In this document: one piece after another, positions 1 to 12,649 of the stretch
Numbering within the stretch: position 1 is the first letter of the stretch
Layout of the letters: every line of letters starts with the position of its first letter
Assembly (NCBI GenBank): GCA_016748015.1
Contig: JAAOMT010000694.1
Span: forward strand, 124,001 to 188,000
Direction: 5' to 3'
DNA length: 64,000 nucleotides
DNA from: Geosiphon pyriformis uo1
Taxonomy: Eukaryota > Fungi > Glomeromycota
Translations under genes and position numbers: made by a program
Notes under the pieces: generated by a model
Databases searched by the model: none
The model's input: only the letters and a program-made list of their open reading frames with translations
What the model was told of the DNA's origin: nothing

Positions 1-455
1 GTTCTAAGTAATAAATCTAAAGTAAGATACATTTTCTTGAAGAGAAAAGCTCTTCTTTTATACAACTTGTTGTAGTACTAGTCTATAAACTTGCACTTTT
101 TCTTTTTGCTCAAATTTCAGCAAACTAAAAATACATTTTGATGAACTACAAGTTATTTCGCTGAACTATTGATTAATTTGGGTAAACTATTCATAATTTC
201 GGCGAATTTCTTATAAATTTCGGTGAATTTCTGTAAATTTCGACGAATTTTAGAATGTTACAAAGTTCAGAGTATTGTGTAATTTGATTATCTTACTTTC
301 TGTTATACTAATTAGATTATTTTAATTGAATTGTGATATGTGATAATTGATTAAATAATAAATGATAATTTGAAATGATATTAATATACTAATTAATTAT
401 AGGAATTATAAGGGTAATTTCGTGCTAATTAATAGCTAAAATTTTACTGGTAACA
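1..455 (-). mobile_element. Partial LTR, Gypsy family A (A' subtype), truncated by the window edge; inserted into pol of B0
   Basis: Reverse complement matches the U3 half of the A LTRs (11629-12607) and closely matches solo LTR 58330-59298. Ends ...ctggtaaca at 455. The following ctgggaagcctatcaagtc is homologous to B1 pol near 40630 (WEVYQVS). Confidence 0.9.
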
Positions 456-3400
456 CTGGGAAGCCTATCAAGTCTTGTAAACTAATGAAGATCACAATAA
501 ACTATCACCAATATTATCTTGGAATAACAATAAAAAGGGAAAGCAAAAAGAGAAACTTACCAAAAATATCAACCAAACATGGTGGACTGATGACAATAGT
601 ACTGAGCTGACACCAACTTGGAAGTAAAAAGAGAATAACAAGGAAAAAAAAAAAAAAAAGAAGAAGAGCCAGCACCAACTACTACTATCACTTATATTCC
701 ATACACTTATACTCCACCACAACCATCTAACTATTACTGACTAAAACTAGTATGTGTCAATTGCAACAAAAAATTGTTGTCAATAAACATGTGTTGTGGC
801 AATGATGAGGAATACTATATAGCAACCAAATTTTACTGCTGCCCATGTGTCCTAAAATGCTTTGAATGACCAAAATGACAAGAAAAATGAGACAACAAAT
901 CTTGTCTCACTTGTGAAGAACTCTTTTAAATAAAGAAATATGAAATAACATTCTTGAATGAGGAGGAATCTGTAATGAATTGTGTCAATACACAATTTTA
1001 ATTAGTGACTGAATGAGAAAAAAGATACCTATAAAAGCCACCTAAAAAAGAGCTGTAAAATGCCTAGATAGTTGTCCACACAATAATGACAAAATCTGAC
1101 AAATAGCACTTGCCAAAATTGAAGGAACATTATTAGAAGAAATAAAAACAATCAAAAACAACTCACCAGAATCCATAAAATTCGACTGGAACCCAAACCT
1201 AGATATTATTCTAGAGCCTATAGACTCAGAGCAATTCCATTAGCACTACCAAGAATTAACATCCATTTAAGAAGAACAAGAGCAATAGTTAGAAAAAATA
1301 AATACATAACTATGCAACCATTGTTTGATCTCATGTGATTTTCAATATTGTAATAAGTGTAATCTTATTTACAATCTATTACCATGTATGATCTACACAA
1401 TCCCAAAAGAAAAAGAACCAATCAGCAGCTGCACATCTAAATTGAAATCAATTTTCAATTCCAATTTAAACTTCAACAATGATGATGACAAAAACAATGA
1501 TTCCAGCTCTATGCAAATTGGCAATAACAACAATGATAATTCAGACTCAGATTTAAACTCCGAACAATATATTGTGCTTCTTGATCTTACCAAGAAACAG
1601 AAACTAAAATAGTTCAGCAATAATAATAAAGATATTATGCCAGAACATGTACATAATACTAATGCAGGGTTTGATTTAAGATATCCAGGAAAAGATGTCA
1701 TCAAATTAAAACCACATTTTTACACATACATTGATTTGAAAGTAGCCAAAGAAATTTCAGCAACAACAATGGTTCAGTTAACATCCAGGAGTAGTTTAGT
1801 GAAAAAAGAAATCAATATCAGAAGAGGAATAATTGACACAGAATATGTAGAAAATATTATTGCTATGCTACAAAATGATTCAGAAAAAGCCTACATTATA
1901 GAGCCAAATGAAAAGATAGCACAGACAATATTCTTGCCATTAGTTAAAATAACTCAATTAGTATCAGTAGAAAACAGAAAAGAATTAGGGATTACAGCTA
2001 AAAAGATACAGGGATTCAGATCAATGGATAGAATAAATATATTAGTTAATATGGCAAAAGAAGAAATTATTAACAAGAGAGAAATTATCTCCATCCATTA
2101 ATTAATTTTTATTTCATTATATAACCAGTACATAGTAGTCATAAAGAGAAAAGTAAAGGATTAGATTCAGATTTTTGAGGCAGAAGCAACACTTTGTAAA
2201 TCAAGAGAGATTGAATTAGTCAATTTCTACATACCAGCCAAAAACCACAGCCACATTAAAATTCCTATTTACAACAACATGGAAGATATCATAGAGATAC
2301 CAAAAAAAACTACCATTGAATATTTAATTACTGAAATTGAAAAACAATTACCAAACTCCATTCCAGACTTTTTACAACTGTACAAATATGTAGATATCAC
2401 ATCACAAACAATATACAGATAAGAAAAATGTTATCTGCTCCAACCAAAACAATTGAAACAAATAAACTTGGGAAATCTAGACCCATTACAACATATTCAG
2501 CTTAAGATATTATTCAACAATTTCAACAATATCTTTGCCAGTGAAAACAAATTTGGCAGAACTAACATAATCTAGCATCAGATTAAAACTGAAAATATAA
2601 TGCCAATTAAACAAAGAGCATACAGAGTACCACTAGCCAGCCATGAGATCATTTGTCAAGAAATCAATCAAATGCTTAACAACAGATTAATTCAACTATC
2701 AATAAGCCCATAATTATTACCAATAATATTAGTCCAGAAAAAAAATGAAAAAATCCACTTTTGTGTGAATTACCAAAAACTAAATAAATTAACAAAAAGA
2801 GATAGCTACTCAACTTCAAAGATCCAAGAACTGTTCAACACTTTTGGAGAAAAAAGATGGTTCTCAACTTTAAACTTGGACAGTGGTTACTAGCAAGTAG
2901 TTATAAAACCGGAAGATAAGGAGAAAATGACTTTTACAACACTAGAAGAGAATTTCAAATTTGAAGTTATGCCATTTGGCTTGATGAATGCTCCTGCCAC
3001 ATTTCAACAACTCATGAAAATTGTCTATACTAGACTGCTATAGAAATCAGTAATCATATACTTAAATGACACCAATGTATTCTTAAAAACATTTGATAAC
3101 TATCTGCATCATTTCCAACAAGTATTTAAAAAACTCAGACGAGCAGGATTGAAATTAAATGCAAACAAATACTTTTTTGGCAAAACAGAACTCAAATTTT
3201 TGGGACATATTATAAACAAAGATAATATCAAAACAGATTCAGATAAGATTGAGATTGTTAAAAACTTTTCAGTACCAAATAATCTTACAGAATTAAAAGC
3301 ATTTTTGGAATTTGCTGAATACTACTGTCACTTCATCAAAGACTTTCCAAAATAGCACAATCATTATACCAGCTCCAAACAAAGAACACCAAGTATAAAT

Positions 3401-3860
3401 GAATGGAAAACCAGCAAGAAGCATTCAACATATTAAGAAGAAAGCTTATTCAAGCTTTAGTGTTGATGTATTCAAATTACAGCAAACCATTTATCATTAC
3501 CACTAATGCATTAAGTCAAACATTAAGAGCAGTACTATTGCAGAAAGAACTAAATAGACAAGAACACCCAGTAGCTTATGCCAGTAAAAGCTTAAGTCCA
3601 GCTGAAAAAAATTATGAAACTCCAGCACTAGAACACTTAGCTATCTATTGGACTGTTATTAAATGGAAAAAATACTTGAGTCAAAAGTTTGATGTATACA
3701 TAGATCACAAAGAATTGACTTCAATTCAGAAGCAAGAATTTGAAAATGATTGTCATACTAGATGGAAAATAGAACTTTCACTATTTAATTATACAGTACA
3801 TTACAAAAAAAGAAAAAAAATGGAAATGCCAACAGTTTGTCAAGAATAAAACAAATCTAA
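456..3860 (+). pseudogene. pol: B0 pol remnant: Cys-rich domain, dUTPase (~1605-2030), RT, RNase H
   Basis: ORF fragments 1325, 1637, 3149 and 3403 align to B1/A1 pol. Many TAA/TGA/TAG codons at Gln/Arg/Trp positions. Ends NANSLSRIKQI* at 3858-3860. Confidence 0.9.
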
Positions 3861-3922
3861 AAACATTTTAACTCAAAAATATAACAAAATTTAAACAGTT
3901 GAAAACAAAAATATAACAAAAG

Positions 3923-5290
3923 ATAAACACACAAAAATATCAACAACTCCAACACTATATAAATACTCAATTGTTCAAGGAGAAATTATCTCAAAAAGAA
4001 CAAAACAACATAAAACAACAATCAAAATATTTTATCAACCATCAAAATATATTTTACTGAAAGAACAAAAAAAATCCAAATCAACTAACCAAAGAAAGAG
4101 ACAATATTATTCAACATGCACTCAGATTCAACAGCAGGACATTTCCACAAAAAAACAATCATGAAAAGAATCAGAAAAAGATACTATTGGCCATCTATGT
4201 ATCTAGACATCATCTAATATGTTCAAAATTGTAATGCTTGTCAGAGAAGAGAAAGAACAAAACCCAGTAAGCCATTGAGACCAATCAAAGTGGGACAATC
4301 ATTTAATTGCATAGGAATTGACTTAGTTAGACCATTAACCATAATCAGCAAAGACAACAGATATATTGTAGTAACCATAAACTATCTCACAAAATGGCCA
4401 AAAGCAAAAGCCATTCAAAGAGCAGATGAAAAATCCATTGCTGAATTTATTTATCAAGATTTAATCTGCTAACATGGATATCCAAAAAAATTGTTATCTG
4501 ATCAAGGAACTTACTTTGTGAATAGAATATTAGCAGAACTAAGTCAAAGATTTGGAATTAAAAGACTATTATTATTACTATACTATCTACAAACAAATGA
4601 GTTAATTGAAAGATTCAACAGAATATTATGTAAAGCAATAGCCAAGATCAGCCAAAAAAACCAAGATAAATGAGATTTGTTTATACTATCAGTATTATTT
4701 GCTTATTGGACAATAAAACAAGACACTACACAAACAACACCATTTGAATTAATATACAGTAGAACAACAACATTACCAGTTGAGATAGAAGTCAAAATAT
4801 ATCCAACAAAACCAATAACAGAAGAGAATTTTCAAAAAATATTGTCGAGAAGAATATATGACTTAATGGAGACATTAGAAAACAAATAGCAAAAAACAGC
4901 TGATAATATCCAAAAGTCACAAGAAAAACAAAAAGAAAAACATGATAATCAATTACCAGATAAACCAGTTGAATTCAAGATCAGAAACAAAGTACTCTTA
5001 TATCATACCAAAGCAAAAAAACAATGAAGTGGAAAATTTGACCCCAAATGGGACAGACTATTTCACATAGAAAAAATTCTTGAAAATAGAGCTTATAAAT
5101 TAAAGTCAAACAACAAAATCTTAACCAAAGCAGCACATGAAAATCGACTGAAACTATATCACAATATAGTTATTAGCATTTACCAGTAATATTCTACAAC
5201 TGGGAATATAGAGAATATTAGTCTAACCAGATGAAATTTCATGAGATCTGGAACCAATCATTATTATCAACACAAACATGTCAAATTGAA
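3923..5290 (+). pseudogene. B0 integrase, separate ORF; start codon appears decayed ATG>ATA
   Basis: HHCC (HSDSTAGHF...CNAC), core (IGIDLV, LSDQG, ERFNR), C-terminal GPY/F-like region. ATA at 3923 occupies the position of the B1 ATG at 44125. End coordinate approximate. Confidence 0.85.
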
Positions 5291-5344
5291 CAACCAAAAA
5301 AGTATATAAAGACATGGTATACATGACAAAAGCAACAAAAAAAA

Positions 5345-5975
5345 ATTAGAAATTACCAACAACATACACATATTGGCACAACAACTTTCCCAACTAATTT
5401 AACAACAGAATATGGAAATTACTATTAACCAACAAACTATTTGATACTGAGATACCAGAAAAATATGCCAACATAAAGTACAGAAAAAACCAGAAAGCAC
5501 CATTAACAAAATAATTCTAAAAGTAAAATTGGCAATAAAAAAGCCAACAAATATCACTTCATATTAAGAAATAACTAAGAAAACTTGGAAGTAATAGACA
5601 CAACAATTTCCAAAAAACTTTTGTTACTTTTATTTAGGACAACACTTGAACATCCAGAATTTATACACGGATAAAACAAAACAATTATTTGACACAACAA
5701 TACTACAACAACTAGAACAATTTGTGGAGAAAAACAATTTAATTACACAAACAAGAGCCATTTATCAGTTACACATCAAGTTACAAGACTGACCAGAAAT
5801 CTTACTTAATCCAGCAATAGACTTTATTACTGTTAACCAAATGGGAAAAATAATCAATGCCCAATTTGAAGAATTACAAAACAAGATAACACAAGTAATT
5901 CTCGAAAAAGAGGTTCAAGAAATACTCAAAAAAGGGGAATTAGAATTAGGAGATCTCAACAGAGCTCAATATTAA
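5345..5975 (+). pseudogene. B0 ORF3, unknown function
   Basis: Homologous to B1 45562-46191 (QQLxQLI...TINQQTI...KIINAQFEELQ...DLNRAQY*). Start approximate. Confidence 0.75.
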
Positions 5976-5989
5976 AAAGAAGGAAATAA

Positions 5990-6831
5990 TGTTACTCATA
6001 AAATATAGAAAGTATATTAGCATATAAATTAGCCAATCAAGAGTAGTTATAGTAAATATGGAATTCCAGGATTTTTTTTAAAGGAATTGCAGGATTCTAG
6101 GAATTTCAGAATTCTCATACAAAGAATCACAAAATTCCAGAATTCCAGGATTTCTCTTAAAAGAAATTGCAGGATTTCAGAAATTTTAGGATTTCTGGTG
6201 TGAAGAATTGAGGAATTGAAAAATCTTAATTATGTATATATAGCAGTAATATTAGAAGAAAAAAAAACAGACTTCTCAGTTTAGATTTGATCTAAGCAAC
6301 ATTTCACATTACAAATATCAATAAATAATCATTCATTATCTCAAATCTACTCTTTACTATCAACTCTATATGTTGATAATAATCAATACTTAACACTCTA
6401 AAACAATAGCTCTTGATCATGGCTATTGATGGAATACTAACTTGCAATTGCCTTGACTTATTTTTTTATTTTTTTTTATGTTTTTTTGTTAGTTCTTTTG
6501 TTTTACTAATTGTTTAAGGATTAAAAAGTGCTGAGTTACAAACACCATAGAAACTGGTAAAAGACCCATGAAACAAGAGTAGAAAACTCATAAATTTGAG
6601 AATAGCTTACCAAAAAAATTACCAGCTATCATGCTGAGAAAAAAATTTGATGGAATTGTGATTCCAGGAGACAACTGAAAAACAATTATTGAATCTCTGT
6701 CTATTATACAAAGAACTCCACAAAAACCTTCAGATTACAAAAACTGTCAAAAACCAACAGTATTATATCAATTGAACACCAAGTTACAGGTTTGTTATTT
6801 GCTTTGAGACCCCAAATAATTATCTGTAATA
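5990..6831 (+). repeat. 3' LTR of B0
   Basis: tgttactcata...ctgtaata, preceded by PPT aaaaagaaggaaa. Contains the GGAATTCC-type repeat array and the tatgtatatatagc TATA seen in the B1 LTRs. Confidence 0.9.
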
Positions 6832-7120
6832 TCACAATCATTGGACATTCAACAAAGTGGCTCTCAAACAAGTAGAAGAATTTGTAGAAAAAAGCAACCT
6901 AACACTGAATTACAAAGCAGCATACTACTTATACTCAGCATTTAAATACTGTTCAAGAGTACTACTAGACAGTTCATTAACAACTATTATGGTCAACAAT
7001 ATAGAACAAATAATAAATAATCAATTTGAAAACCTACAAAAAGCAATACTTAATACTACAATTAAATACTATACAGAAAACACAGATTTTACAAATACAT
7101 ATGATTTCGCAGAAGCTTAA
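6832..7120 (+). pseudogene. 3' end of ORF3 of another Gypsy family (D)
   Basis: KQVEEFVEKSNL...AYYLYSAF...IEQIINNQFENLQ...YDFAEA aligns to B1 ORF3 (FVEKNNL...IYRIHTAF...LEKITNAQFEELQ...DFDKAQY). Followed by a purine tract and a TGTTACC-like LTR start. Confidence 0.75.
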
Positions 7121-7137
7121 TTTAAAAAAAAAAAAAA

Positions 7138-8395
7138 TATTACCCAAGTAAAAAAACCAATCCAAAGTTATAAAAAAAATGTGACCAAAAACATGATAAC
7201 ATAAAATAGCACAAAATAATGCAAAAGAATACAGAATATTACATAATAACTTAAGATAACTAGTAATAACATAGAAAAACAAAGTAATAACAGAAATAGC
7301 AAAGCAATAGCTAGCAAGAACAAAACAATTAAAAAGCAATCCTGTAAAACCAAAAAAAATATATAAAAACAAGTAGTTATAAAAGTTAAAAAGACATCCA
7401 AACAAGAATCAATTTTTTTTTCTTATAATTATTATATCTTACACAAATAAAAAACTTATTTGAAAACCACAAAATCATTAATACATGGTTATTAATTATC
7501 TTATGTTTGAATTAAACTAATCCTTGTTTCATATTTTTATTTCAGAACAGATGCTCTTAGCATAAATGTCTTGAATCTTTAATGACTTGGACCAATCACT
7601 TTTGATTATGACAATTAATAATATTAATTTATTTTCTTTTATTTTTTTCTTTTTTTTATTCTTTTTTGTAGAACAGCAACATAAAAAAATTGATTGTCTA
7701 AGAATAAATTTTGTAATAGTCTGGTAAAAAAGGGAGACTTTTTCTAAGTTTAAATATTAACATTATCTTAATAGCTTACCAGAAAGACAAAAAAATACCA
7801 CCAAACCCTAATAACTACACTTATTAGCTTAGAAAAGATAGTTCACATTCATATATAAGACGTTATAACATTATAAAACATTTTTTTGTGCCTTATAACC
7901 AAAGAACTCTATGAGTAAATTTATAACAATTAAACAAACCTTCAAAGATTGATAATACCAACACAACAAACCAGTCTACTGAAAGAAAACCCTCAAAAGC
8001 TCTTTAAAAACCCAAATTTTGAGCACCAAATATTACCACCATATCCCACCAAGTTTATTCATAATATTGAGAAGCAATTGCTTACTCTTGTAATTTATTA
8101 AATAAAGAAACAATTGAAAAGCACAATAATATCTGTTATTGATTCTAATAATTGCCAAGTTAAGACATAGAATAATAGCAGCAATATTATCTTGTTAACA
8201 ATTATGAACTATTTCTCTATCTTTTGATATTTAGAAAAAATTTGTGACTTTGATTTTTATAAGACTAATTATGCACATTGAATTCTTACTTATTCAATTC
8301 ACTCCTTTATTGTAATTCTTTCTTTGATTATTTCTATTATTTTACAATTCTGTTTCTCTTTATTATCCATTAGCTTGTTACTCTAATCCATAACA
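7138..8395 (+). repeat. Probable 3' LTR of element D; its 3' ~150 bp is homologous to C-family U5
   Basis: Starts tattaccc (decayed tgttacc) after an A-tract PPT. 8250-8395 matches the reverse complement of 53762-53900 and ends ccataaca. Could be two LTR pieces, since gttataaca occurs at 7862-7870. Confidence 0.55.
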
Positions 8396-11317
8396 CTATT
8401 TTTGTGGTGGACTTAGTTATTAAGAATGGTTTAAAAAAGAACAAGATGTGGTTGGTTTTGTAGAATATACAAAAGGTTTATAACTTAATTAGCTAAATTC
8501 ATATGCAATAGAATTTAAAGTGTATAAAGATGTGTAAAAAATTTGTTGAATTTTTTGGCAATTTGTATAAGAACTAAATTAATAAGATAATAACAGATTT
8601 TAGTCTCAAATAGTTACAAAGTGCACAATAGTTTGGATTAAAATAAGGTTTTTTCTTTATTTTTTTGGAGAATATTTTATGATTTTCTTTTATATGAAAT
8701 CAGAAAATACAAATATTTGTGTAATTATTGTGTTGATACCAAGTTTGTTGTCAGATTAAAAAGAATAGAAGCCAACTCAGACAGAATGTTATTTTTTATA
8801 ACTAAAGCTTTTATTAATAATACAATTTGAATAGAAAATAGTTATGCTTCTATACAATATATTTTGAATATTGCTAGTAAGTTTTTTTCTATCAATAATG
8901 CTTTAATAAACAATAAAAAAACTGTGGATATTATTATTAATCAAAAAATTAAAATTGTTTCCTTATTTATAAGCAGCTTGTCAATTGCAATCACACAAAA
9001 ATGTGTATTACACAAATATTTAGGAATTTTTTTTAATAAAGAGTTTATTCAAATCCAACTTGGCCAAAGCACATTTCAATGTAAAATTTTTTTCTAATAT
9101 GGTGTTGAAAAAAACTTTCTTAGACAAACAGTTTTTGTATTTAGTTTTAACTGTATTATAGCTAATTATTAATTATAAGACACAATTTAGTTTTATCTTG
9201 AAAAATATATACAACAAATAAAATGTTTTAATAAAAAAAAACTCAAGACCAAAACTAATTTGCTAAGAGATTTTTCTAGTAAATTCTTGTATTATTTATT
9301 TCTATATGAGTTGAAATCATTTAAACAAATGCAGACTAAGAATAAGATCACATTAGTAATAATATTTTTTAACACTATTGGTATTCTTGACAGGTTATTT
9401 AAACACTATTTTCTAAATTTACAGATTTTGAAATGGGTGTCTTTAAATTTTTTGCAATTCCCTATGAAATTAAGAGTTAATTCAGTGAATAATTTTTTAG
9501 TAGAATTGGTTAAACTTTTTTTAAACAACAAAATTTTTTTGGTTAACAATTTACTTAGTGTTTTTTGTTATATAAGCAGATTTCCAATGTTAGTAATTTT
9601 AAAAGCTTCTTATTATCATAACATGATTAATTTATTGAAGCATTATAAGATGGTTTTTGGTGATAGGCTTTTAAACAAACATGGGATAATTGTGAATTGG
9701 AAAACATTTTGCCATTGGAAAAAACTAGATTTAAAGGATTTAATATTATATTGGTTTGTTATTGCTTCTGAGTTTATGTCTGCTTCTTGCTATAAATTTT
9801 TTTAGACATTATTGTTTGATGATCTTGTGATGTTTTAAATTCAGATAATTTCTTGAATGCTTAGAACTGTTTGTATTAAGTTTGGTCTGAAAGTTTTAAT
9901 GTATACACTAATAGATCTCTAAAAAATAAAGATTTGTCTTCTATGGCTTGTAAAATGGTAATTTATTTTTTGAATGTTAACTTGAGTGTTAAAATAAAAA
10001 TTTAGGTATTGGTTTTATTAACAATAGTGGAATTATAAGCAGTTATAATAGCTTTGAAATATGTTCTTTTGTTCTGTTTAGTGGTTTTGTACTTAGATAG
10101 TCAAGTGATAATAAATATGTATACTTCTAATTTAAAGCTTTGGTAGCCTGATTTTTATAGTGCCTATTGGTTAAAGCATAGACATATTGTTAATTTAATT
10201 AAGAATAAAGATTTAATAGCTAGGTAAATTAAAATTAAGAGCCATTTAGGTAATATAGGAAATAACTGAGTAAATGTATTAACAGAAGTTGTAGTTCACT
10301 CTCACTTGTTTTTTGTTTATTGAGTTTATAAAAGGTTTTTGATGGCTAATAGCAAAACAATATTAAAAATTGCTTATTATTTTGTATGTAATATTTACAA
10401 GTCAATTAATTGTGCCAACTAAAAGACTGGTTTTAACATTGAGATTGTAGCTAACTCATTTAATTGTATTGTTAATTAGCAATACATAGTATTAATTTGA
10501 CATTCAGATTTTCATATACATACAGATATTATTAATAGAGCATTTTCAGGTCTGTGCACATATTTTATAAAGGCTGTACATAAAAAATTGTTGGTTGCTA
10601 TTAAGAAAAGGCTTTATGATAGAAGTTATCCTGGTGTTTTATGTTTAATATGTAATAAAATAGAGTTTTTTGATCATGCCTTTATATGTCCAAGCAATAC
10701 CAATTCTTGTAAATATGTGATGCAAAAAATGGTCTCTTGTTAAAAAGTCTTAGTTAATACAAACAAGTCTTTGGTATCAATAATTGTTTAAGATCTTTTG
10801 TTGAATTTATTAAATATTAATCTGTATAAGCTTCTTGATAAGAGTTTTGTTTTGAAAAGATAATATGAAAAAACAGTAAAAGTTTTTAAAAATAGAAAAA
10901 AAGATGTTTTGATTGTGGTAAAATTTGTTTACAAGTTTGTTATATATCACAAAACTATAATATGGATTTTTAGATCCAAGTTTAGAGTAAATATAAAAAG
11001 CAGTAATTTGATTAATAATACAGATGTAGTTTCCAAGCTTTTATGTTCTAAGTCTTCTTAATTATTAAGTAACATCATTTGTTTACTTAGGATTGATAAG
11101 ACATTTGTAATTAGCTTTGGTTTTTAGAGTTTTTATTTGTTTTTTTTAAATTTGAATGATGAAGTTTTAATTTAAATAAGTGTATAGTGTGGTCTTAATT
11201 GGTCTAAGTAACTAGTTTCATGTAAAAAGCACATGAATTATATCTAGTTAAAAGCTTTTAATATGTTTTTTTGTACTAGATAGTAATTAAACTACACTTA
11301 TAAAACAATAAAAAAAA
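8396..11317 (+). mobile_element. Non-LTR retrotransposon (LINE) remnant: RT, RNase H, C-terminal CCHC, 3' UTR, poly(A)
   Basis: IFVVDLVIKNGL..MWLVL*NIQKVYNLI (RT motif QDxxKAYD), HKYLGIF, VYTNRSL (RNase H YTDGS), IKSHLGNIGNN*VN (KGH..GNE.AD), CLICNKIEFFDHAFIC; A-tract at 11302-11317. Confidence 0.88.
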
Positions 11318-11508
11318 TTACATGTAATATTAAAAATATAAATGTTTTTACTATGGTGCAAATTATTTATAGTTATCAAACAATTTATATAATTTTAAAT
11401 TGTATCTAGTCTTCCAATTTTAATAATATTAAAAAATTAAACTGTAAATATAATAGATTAAGTTCTTTTTTTTACATTTATGGTTTAGTTTTTTGAATTA
11501 TATTATAT

Positions 11509-11628
11509 TGTTACAGATTGAAGTAACAAGCTAACAAATAGTAAGAAAGAACAAGATTGTAGAGTGATAAAAATAATCAAAAAGAATTCAACTTCAAAGA
11601 GTGAATTGAATAAGTATGGATTCAATAT
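11509..11628 (-). repeat. C 3' LTR, U5-end portion (split by A1)
   Basis: Matches 48190-48309 and 53762-53881. Confidence 0.9.
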
Positions 11629-12607
11629 TGTTACCAGACGAAATTAGAGATATTATTTAGCATGAAATTATCTTATAATTCCTATCATTAATTAGCATAT
11701 ATTATTGTTTCAAATAATTACTTATTACATTAGCAAAAATGTCCGAAATTATCATTTAATTAATAACCCGAATTGTACACAACACAAATGTAACCTAATT
11801 GTGATGATCAATCATGCAATACCCCAAACTATGTAACATTTAGAAGTTTGCCGAAATTTGTAGAAATTTGCCAAAATAATTGATAGTTCACCGAAATATC
11901 TAATAGTTTGCCGAAATAACTTGTAGTTTGCCAAAATGTATCTTTAGTTCAGCAAAATTGTAGAAAATAGCAAAGTTCAAGTTTATAGAATAGTGTTACG
12001 ACAAGTTGTATAAAAGAAGAGCTTCTCTCTTCAAGAAAATGTATCTTACTTTAGATTTATCTCTTAGAATCATTCCTATACACACAAAAAAAAATAAATA
12101 TCAAATAATTTGAAAAACCAAATTCTTTAATTATTATACTTGGAAAATTCCCAAAACCCAACTAACATTTCAAAATTGATTAGCTACCAATTTCAGTAAA
12201 CTGTTAGTGACTCCAGGCCTGGATAGAAAACGTTCCCTTGATAAAAATCTTATTTCTTTTACATTTCTTTTATTTTTCTTTTCTTTTCTTATTACAATCA
12301 TTAGGGTAGCCTACAGACGAGGTTCCTATAGAAGAGTTGACTTTCACAGCAAAGTAACTACACATTTTTAGTGAGCTTCCAGATGAGCAATTTCTGGGAA
12401 AGAGTTGATGTTTACTACAACGTAACTACATAAAGTAACTGGCAAGGAATTGGCCATTCCACTTATAAGCCCAGCAGTTCAAATTATAGGAGATAATTTG
12501 AAGATAAATTCAGTTACTGGAGGTTCAACCACATCCAGAAAACGTGAATTTACAGCAAATAAGTATCAACAACATTACAGAAAAGAGACCAAAAACCTCC
12601 GGTAACA
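11629..12607 (+). repeat. A1 5' LTR
   Basis: tgttaccag...ccggtaaca. U3 repeat array 11841-11960. TATA-like tataaaag near 12009. Confidence 0.97.
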
Positions 12608-12609
12608 TT

Positions 12610-12620
12610 TGGTGCTCTCC
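12610..12620 (+). promoter_or_regulatory. Primer-binding site TGGTGCTCTCC
   Basis: 2 nt after the LTR; begins TGG, complementary to tRNA CCA. The same motif follows the 5' LTRs of A2, B1, B2 and C. Confidence 0.88.
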
Positions 12621-12649
12621 CACAGAAATAACACAGCAACAAATTCAAA

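Larger units (their letters stand above)
456..6831 (+). mobile_element. Ty3/Gypsy LTR retrotransposon B0, 3' portion, heavily decayed
   Basis: Colinear with B1 40630-47054: Cys-rich domain, dUTPase (AGFDLRYP, GIID, IAQ, QGF), RT (FGLMNAPATF; YLND for YLDD), RNase H (EHPVAYASKSL), integrase, ORF3, PPT 5974-5987, 3' LTR 5990-6831. Confidence 0.93.

Noticed and set aside
11841-11960. CRISPR-like repeat/spacer appearance of U3 arrays
   Set aside because: Repeats are about 13 bp and degenerate, with 6-10 bp gaps; they lie inside LTRs and there are no cas genes.
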